A stretch of DNA of 63,577 bases, counting the filler, from Deltaproteobacteria bacterium (GTDB taxonomy: Bacteria > Myxococcota > JACRCW01): NCBI GenBank assembly GCA_016218805.1. It is 4 parts of 4 records of this genome, joined end to end, with 100 filler letters (N's around TTAATTAATTAA, not from the genome) between each part and the next. Parts side by side here need not be neighbours in the genome. Positions count along the whole stretch, not along the records: positions 35,633 to 61,115 come from JACRCW010000067.1; positions 61,216 to 63,577 come from JACRCW010000118.1; 2 more parts are not named here. One strand, written 5' to 3'. Shown piece by piece: positions 58,506 to 63,577 of the stretch. The position numbers were made by a program, and so were the translations under genes. The notes beneath the pieces were generated by a model that worked only from the letters and a program-made list of their open reading frames with translations, was not told where the DNA came from and ran no database searches. The stretch's first letter is position 1, and the number at the start of each line of letters is the position of its first letter.

Positions 58506-60380
58506 TCAGCGCGCGTGGGCTTCCTGCGTCACGGTGCAGCTTCCCCCCTGGGAGCGCGCGGCGCGCAGCGCCTGGCGCGCGGCCAGCATCACCACCACCG
58601 GGTCCCCGCCGCGCACCGGCACCACGGTGGCGGCGCCGGCGCTGGCGGTCACCGTGGCGGCCCCGCCCGTCCCCAGCGGCAGCCGTCCCACCCGGGTGCG
58701 CAGCGCGTCCGCCACCACCCGCGCCCCGTCCGTGGGCGTCTCCGGCAGCAGCACGGCAAAGGTCAGCTCATCCACGCGCGCCACCAGGTCCGGCGCGCGC
58801 TTGAGGGCGGCAAACAGCTCGTGCGCCAGTTTGCGCAGGCGGCCCTCCTGGTCGGTCCGGGTGCCCTCCCGCATGGTGGCCGGCTGGTCCGGCTCCAGCA
58901 GCACCACGGACAGCGGCCGCGCGTCGCGCGTGGCGCGCCGGTACTCGCGGTGCATGGTGTCCTCAAACTCCGCCTTGCCGGCAATCCCGGTGGCGCCGTC
59001 CACGCTCTCGCGCTGCGTGCGCGGTGGGCGGCTGGCCTCGGCCATCAGGCGGTTGGCCATGTCCATCGCTTCGCGGGCTGGCGCCAGGTCTCCGCGCGCG
59101 GTGTAGGCGGCGGACAGCGTGACGCACACCGCGGCCGCTTTTTCGTGCAGGCCCTCGGCCAGGTAGACGGCGCGCAGGCGCTCCAGGCTCTGCACGTCGT
59201 CGGCGCCCTCGGTGGGCACCGCCGGGTGGGACGGCCCGGAGGGCGGGCGCGCACTCCCCTCACCCAGCAGCACCGCGCGCGGCTGGAAGGCCTCGCGCAG
59301 CTCCGCCCACGGGCGCTTGAGCTCCTCGTCCCGCGTGGCGGCCGCGCGCGCGGCCATCCACGCCGTCAGGGCGTCCACGCGCATGCGGATGAAGGGGTCC
59401 CGCGGTTCGCGCTCACGCAGCGTCTCCAGGAACGCCAGCGCCAGCGGCTCCTGCGCCTTGTGCACCAGGCCCGGCACGCACGCGTCCAGCGCCGCCAGCG
59501 CGGCGGGCAGCTGCCCCTGGTCCCGGAGGCGGCCGGCCACGTCCATCATGTACGGCGTGCGGGAGGGGTCCAGCGTCAGCAGCTGGTGGAAAGCGGCCGC
59601 CGCCTCAAACAGCGAATCCGCCTGCAGGTGCACGCGCCCCAGCAGCGTCCACAGCTCCTGGTCCTGCGGGTTGTCCTCCAGCAGCGGCCGCAGCACGCCC
59701 ACCGCGCGGTCATGCCAGCCCAGCCGCAGCAGCGTGTGCAGCAGGAAGCGCAGCGCGGAGCGCGAATCCGGCTTGAGGCTCCAGGCCGCCTCCAGCGCGG
59801 CCAGCGCGGCCTCCAGGCGGCCGGCGCGGAGCATCTGCACGCCAAAGGACTCGCAGGACTCAAACAGCACCAGCGCGCCGGACTCGCCCTCGGCGGTGCC
59901 CAGCGCCGCGCCGCGCCGCAGCGCCTCCAGGGCGTCGTCCATGCGGTCGCGTTCGCGCAGGAGCGTGGCAATGCGGTGGTAGAGGCGCTGCGCTTCCGGC
60001 CGCTGGCCGTCCCGCGCCAGCAGCTCCGCCAGCGCCACCAGGTTGTCCACGTTGTCCGGGCAGATCTCCTGCGCGCGGCGGCGCGCGGCCACCGCCTTGA
60101 GCAGGAAGCCGCGGCGCATGAACGTGTCCGCCACCGCCGTCAGGGACTGCAGCGCGGCGTCCAGGTCCCCGTCCTGCAGTTGCAGGTCCGCCAGCGCCCA
60201 CAGGACACCCAGGTCATCCGGGTGGGCGCGGTGCAGCGCGCGGAAGGACTCGCGCGCGGCCGCCACCTGCCCTGTCCGCAGCAGTTCGCGCGCCATGGCC
60301 AACGCCGCGGCCGTCTCCGGCCCGGGTCCCGCATCCGTCACGCTCACGTCCGCCCCTCCTCCCCGCCGCTCTCCCGCCAA
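58506..60380 (-). CDS. TPR-repeat protein with degenerate GGDEF domain
   Basis: Multiple TPRs; DGATGI...RPLSVVLL...KRAPDLVARVDELTFAVLLP...VTASAG. Confidence 0.8.
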   Translation of the reverse strand: MAGERRGGGADVSVTDAGPGPETAAALAMARELLRTGQVAAARESFRALHRAHPDDLGVLWALADLQLQDGDLDAALQSLTAVADTFMRRGFLLKAVAARRRAQEICPDNVDNLVALAELLARDGQRPEAQRLYHRIATLLRERDRMDDALEALRRGAALGTAEGESGALVLFESCESFGVQMLRAGRLEAALAALEAAWSLKPDSRSALRFLLHTLLRLGWHDRAVGVLRPLLEDNPQDQELWTLLGRVHLQADSLFEAAAAFHQLLTLDPSRTPYMMDVAGRLRDQGQLPAALAALDACVPGLVHKAQEPLALAFLETLREREPRDPFIRMRVDALTAWMAARAAATRDEELKRPWAELREAFQPRAVLLGEGSARPPSGPSHPAVPTEGADDVQSLERLRAVYLAEGLHEKAAAVCVTLSAAYTARGDLAPAREAMDMANRLMAEASRPPRTQRESVDGATGIAGKAEFEDTMHREYRRATRDARPLSVVLLEPDQPATMREGTRTDQEGRLRKLAHELFAALKRAPDLVARVDELTFAVLLPETPTDGARVVADALRTRVGRLPLGTGGAATVTASAGAATVVPVRGGDPVVVMLAARQALRAARSQGGSCTVTQEAHAR

Positions 60381-60609
60381 TCATCCGGCAGCCGCCGAGC
60401 GGCGCGCAACCCAGCCCCCGCAGGGAGACCACCGCGCCCGTGGAGCGCCCGTCCTCCGACAACGCTGCGGGCGGGGCGATGGGCTCAGTGGCGGATTCGT
60501 CTCCTCGGGCCCATCCAGGGGAAGACGGGTGCCACCGACCCCCCACCTCCCCCGCGCCTTCCCGCCTCGTCGTCGGAACGGATTTCGGCGCGGGGGCCGC
60601 CCCCCAGGA

Positions 60610-61115
60610 GGCCCTCGTGGGGGAGGCCGCCGAGGCGCGTAGCGCCGAGCCGGGTGGGGGGCTGCGGCAGAGGTCCGCCCCACGGTTGGATGTGGGGGAC
60701 GCCGACGCGCTTGAAACAGCAGCGCCCGCCGAGAGGGCGGGCGCGCAACTGCGAGGTCTTGTGGACGCTCTGCTTCAGTTCACTTCTGTTCCACGTGCGC
60801 CGCCACCGGCTCCTTGGGAGACTCAAACAGCCACGCCGTCATGCCGCCCAGCACCGCACCCGCCACCACGAACAGCGCCATGGCCGCAGTGAAGCCCAGC
60901 AGCATCCCGCCGCCGGTGATCACCTTCGCCGCAATGGACGTCTCCACCGACAATCCCAGCAGCACATTGGCAAAGAACATCCCGATGTACGCGCCGAACA
61001 GACTGGAGGGAAGCGCACCCACTGCCAGGAAGCCCAGGAAGCCAAGCGCCGCACCCACGTAGTTGCCAGCCTTTGTCGTCGTCGTCATGTTCGTCTCCTT
61101 GAGGGGTCGCGTCCC
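60610..61115. repeat. About 500-bp direct repeat, copy 2
   Basis: Near-identical to 35779-36284; runs to the contig end. Confidence 0.92.
60780..61088 (-). CDS. Small Gly-rich membrane protein, copy 2
   Basis: Differs from copy 1 by a single V/M substitution. Confidence 0.85.
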   Translation of the reverse strand: MTTTTKAGNYVGAALGFLGFLAVGALPSSLFGAYIGMFFANVLLGLSVETSIAAKVITGGGMLLGFTAAMALFVVAGAVLGGMTAWLFESPKEPVAAHVEQK

Positions 61116-61215
61116 NNNNNNNNNNNNNNNNNNNNNNNNNNNNNNNNNNNNNNNNNNNNTTAATTAATTAANNNNNNNNNNNNNNNNNNNNNNNNNNNNN
61201 NNNNNNNNNNNNNNN
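61116..61215. other. Artificial contig spacer
   Basis: N run + TTAATTAATTAA + N run. Confidence 0.99.
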
Positions 61216-62309
61216 CGGCACGCTGCCAGGTGGAGGTGTCAGGGACCACGTTGACGCGCGCGCAACCGGGAACGCTCACGGCCGCGGTCATTGGCGGGTG
61301 CATGCCGGACTTCCCGCGGGTGACGCAGTACCGCTGGCAGTTCAACGGCGGACCGCGCTGCACGGGAGGGGACACCTGCAAGCGCACCACGACGGCGAAT
61401 ACGACCCCAGTGACCATGGTGGACAGCCGGAGAGCCTACGCGGTCAACGTGGAGGCGGTTGACGCGCAGGGCGCCACGCAGTGCTCCGGGCAGGCGTCGC
61501 TGACGGTGAACGCGCGCACCGGGCCGGAGTGGACGTTGCGGCCCGTGTTGATACTCCCGGATGTGGACCTGACATGGGGCAGGCTTCCTGAAGTGGTGGA
61601 GCCGGAGCCGGGTTACTACGCGGCGAAGGTGGTGGCCGGCGAACTCGAGAACGAGTTGGCTAGCACGGAGAAGCTCCGGAGGGCCCTCGAGCCGCAGGAG
61701 AACGGCTGGGCGGATGCTGCCCGGATTGCCCCGGTGAATGATCCCGGCGGACCCAACCATGGCTGGGCGTATGTCGCGGAGACCGCCCTCCGGGTGGAGA
61801 TGCGGGCACGCATCAACCAGTACCTCTTGGAAAATGGGCCGTTGCCGCTGGCCCCCCCGCCTTGCACTGGAAACCTCCCCTGCACGCCCCTGCCCAACTT
61901 CTGGCAGGAGAACCACCAAGCGTGCGAGGCCGTCACTGGGTGCTTCCCCGCGGAGTTTGTCCAGGCCGTCATTGGGCACGAAGTGGACGGCGCCTGGGGG
62001 CCCAGTTCCACCGGCCACTTCGGCGAACTGACCAAGGAGCTGAGGACCGGCGACCCGCGGGAACTCGTCGAGAAGCTGGTTGACGAGACGGGGACATCGG
62101 GGTTGCAGGCAACCCTCATCGCAGCGCTGAACGGCCGGGAAGAAAAGCTCCGACGGAAGGCTGGCCACGCATTCGTGGGAGGCAACTGGCCCCCTCCGAC
62201 AGTTCATGCGTGCGCTCCTGGCCCGTGCAATCCGCGGCGCGCCTCCTTCTGGAGAGCGCTCCATGGCTACAACCCGCGCTGCGGTGTCTCCATCGAACAG
62301 AACTTCTGA
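61216..62309 (+). CDS. C-terminal part of a Cys-rich, probably secreted protein (Ig/PKD-like domain plus unknown domain)
   Basis: Open from the contig edge; YRWQF...VNVEAVDAQG Ig-like strands; later GHE...GHFGE motif and paired Cys. Confidence 0.55.
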
Positions 62310-62325
62310 GTCCCGAGGTGCCCCC

Positions 62326-63270
62326 ATGCTCAGTCTCGTTTTCTCCGCGCTTGCACTCGCCGCCCCGTCCCTGCCGGCGGCCTCGTCTTTTGAACAGGTG
62401 TCCGATAGCGACCTGATCGCCCTGCTGGCGAACGGGGACCTCTGGGACGAGGACGTCGCTCTTGAGTTGAACCGGCGTGCCCGCACCCACGCCCCTTCGC
62501 AACGAGCGGAGTTGGTTGCTCTTCTTGTTGGAGCAGCAGAAGGGAGTCCTTCCGACCGCGTCGTCGTCGGCGCCGCCGTGGTGCTGGTAGGGATTGCAGA
62601 AATGGTCCCATCGGAAAGGGAGGTGATTGGCGCGCACATGCGGCGCATCATCGTCCAGCAAGATCCGGCGCGCGCGTTCATCATCATGGAGTACGTGGCG
62701 ACCCTCACCAAGTTCGACCATAGCGAGGAAACGCGCACAGCGATTGAAGCGGTCCTGGCCAACCAGCGACTGCTTGACGGGGACCACCGCCTGCAGTCGG
62801 TGACGCTGGAGGCGCTGGGCTCCTTTGGTGCACAGAACGAAGCCTTCCTCATCCGGTATTTCCCAAAGAGCCCAGACGAGGCCGCCACCGCGCTGGGCGT
62901 GACCGGGGGGGACAAGGCGTTCAGGTTCCTCCGCAAGCAGGCGCGTGACCGCAGCGGGGGGGACCAGCGCATCTGGATTCGCTGGGAGTGCACGCGGGGA
63001 CTGGGAGTCTGGGCCAGCGTTCACCCGGCCGGCTCCGCCAAGCGGAACCGCGCGGTGCGCACGCTGCAGTCCCTCGCGTGCGAGCAGGCCATCGCCGTCA
63101 AGAAGACTGCGTTGAAAGAGCTTGAGCGGCTCGGCGTGGCCCCGCGTCCCTGCGGCGAGCAGGAGGACGGCGACGACGATGACGAGGATGATGACCGGGA
63201 TGACGAGCGGGGCGGGCGCAAGAATGAAGAGAGGAAGGGTCACCGCGGCGGCCGCGACAGCCGCCACTGA
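62326..63270 (+). CDS. Exported helical-repeat protein with acidic/basic tail
   Basis: GAGGTG RBS before ATG 62326; signal peptide; HEAT-like helices; D/E-rich end. Confidence 0.6.
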   Translation: MLSLVFSALALAAPSLPAASSFEQVSDSDLIALLANGDLWDEDVALELNRRARTHAPSQRAELVALLVGAAEGSPSDRVVVGAAVVLVGIAEMVPSEREVIGAHMRRIIVQQDPARAFIIMEYVATLTKFDHSEETRTAIEAVLANQRLLDGDHRLQSVTLEALGSFGAQNEAFLIRYFPKSPDEAATALGVTGGDKAFRFLRKQARDRSGGDQRIWIRWECTRGLGVWASVHPAGSAKRNRAVRTLQSLACEQAIAVKKTALKELERLGVAPRPCGEQEDGDDDDEDDDRDDERGGRKNEERKGHRGGRDSRH

Positions 63271-63325
63271 CGCGGCGTCGGGTTGATGGGCGCGGGCGGC
63301 AGCGCAAAACCTGGAGGAGACGGCG

Positions 63326-63577
63326 GTGGGCGTGGAGTACGGCCTGGCGGGCGCGGTGGACGGGGATAGCTGGACCTTCCGGTTCACGCGGCCGTCCGGT
63401 GCGGAGTCCGCGCTGCACGTGGCGTACGCGGCAGCGGGGCGGTGTTTCACCGTCACCAACGACGCCGGCACGGTGGTGGCAACCCAGTGCGGACAGGACG
63501 GTGTGGTGGTGTTCGCGCTGGAGACGCACCGGTGCATGGAGGACGCGGCGGGCGGGTGGATGATGCGGGTGATGAAG
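63326..63577 (+). CDS. Partial hypothetical gene running off the window
   Basis: GGAGG 8 nt before GTG; open frame with G/C third positions to the window end. Confidence 0.4.
   Translation, partial: MGVEYGLAGAVDGDSWTFRFTRPSGAESALHVAYAAAGRCFTVTNDAGTVVATQCGQDGVVVFALETHRCMEDAAGGWMMRVMK

Noticed and set aside
35633..61115. Circular plasmid or prophage implied by terminal repeats
   Set aside because: The repeats differ at several sites, and the interior holds housekeeping and signalling genes with no rep, integrase or phage genes.
63224..63330. Selenocysteine readthrough at TGA 63284-63286
   Set aside because: No redox motif or evident SECIS; a GTG start with RBS at 63326 explains the downstream frame.

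Overview
High-GC bacterial sequence made of four contigs joined by 100-nt N/TTAATTAATTAA/N spacers (29084-29183, 35533-35632, 61116-61215), so adjacency across the spacers means nothing. Gene content (PEGA-domain Ser/Thr kinases, FHA, PilZ-receiver, TPR-GGDEF, many lipoproteins) suggests a Myxococcota-like deltaproteobacterium; this is inference. Contig 1 has rpsA, an ABC1 kinase, dapD and a long FHA/formyltransferase/LbH/kinase operon. It also has an orphan helical gene followed by a 21-nt periodic array, three translationally coupled paralogous lipoproteins, and MscS and TetR genes. It ends in an integrative element whose left edge is a displaced tRNA-Asp-type 3' end plus terminator. That island carries a membrane-tailed XRE regulator coupled to a DUF3800 gene, a divergent transglutaminase-like Cys peptidase, IHF-like sites, a Zn-finger protein and a truncated large serine recombinase. 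Contig 2 has a secreted HExxH protease-lectin fusion with an (ATCTC)5 tract in its signal peptide and a divergent EF-G paralog. Contig 3 is bracketed by two diverged copies of a small membrane-protein gene with REP-like DNA. It contains an ArcE/cDPGS-family protein, DegT, a hybrid kinase, a ~1800-aa membrane protein, a FliK-like orphan, dcd, a disrupted DUF1992 gene and signalling genes. Contig 4 has a partial secreted-type protein and a downstream partner. Best candidates for undescribed systems: the XRE-TM/DUF3800/peptidase module, the helical gene plus 21-nt array, the lipoprotein triplet and the putative phase-variable protease. Family calls come from motif recognition only; no searches were run.
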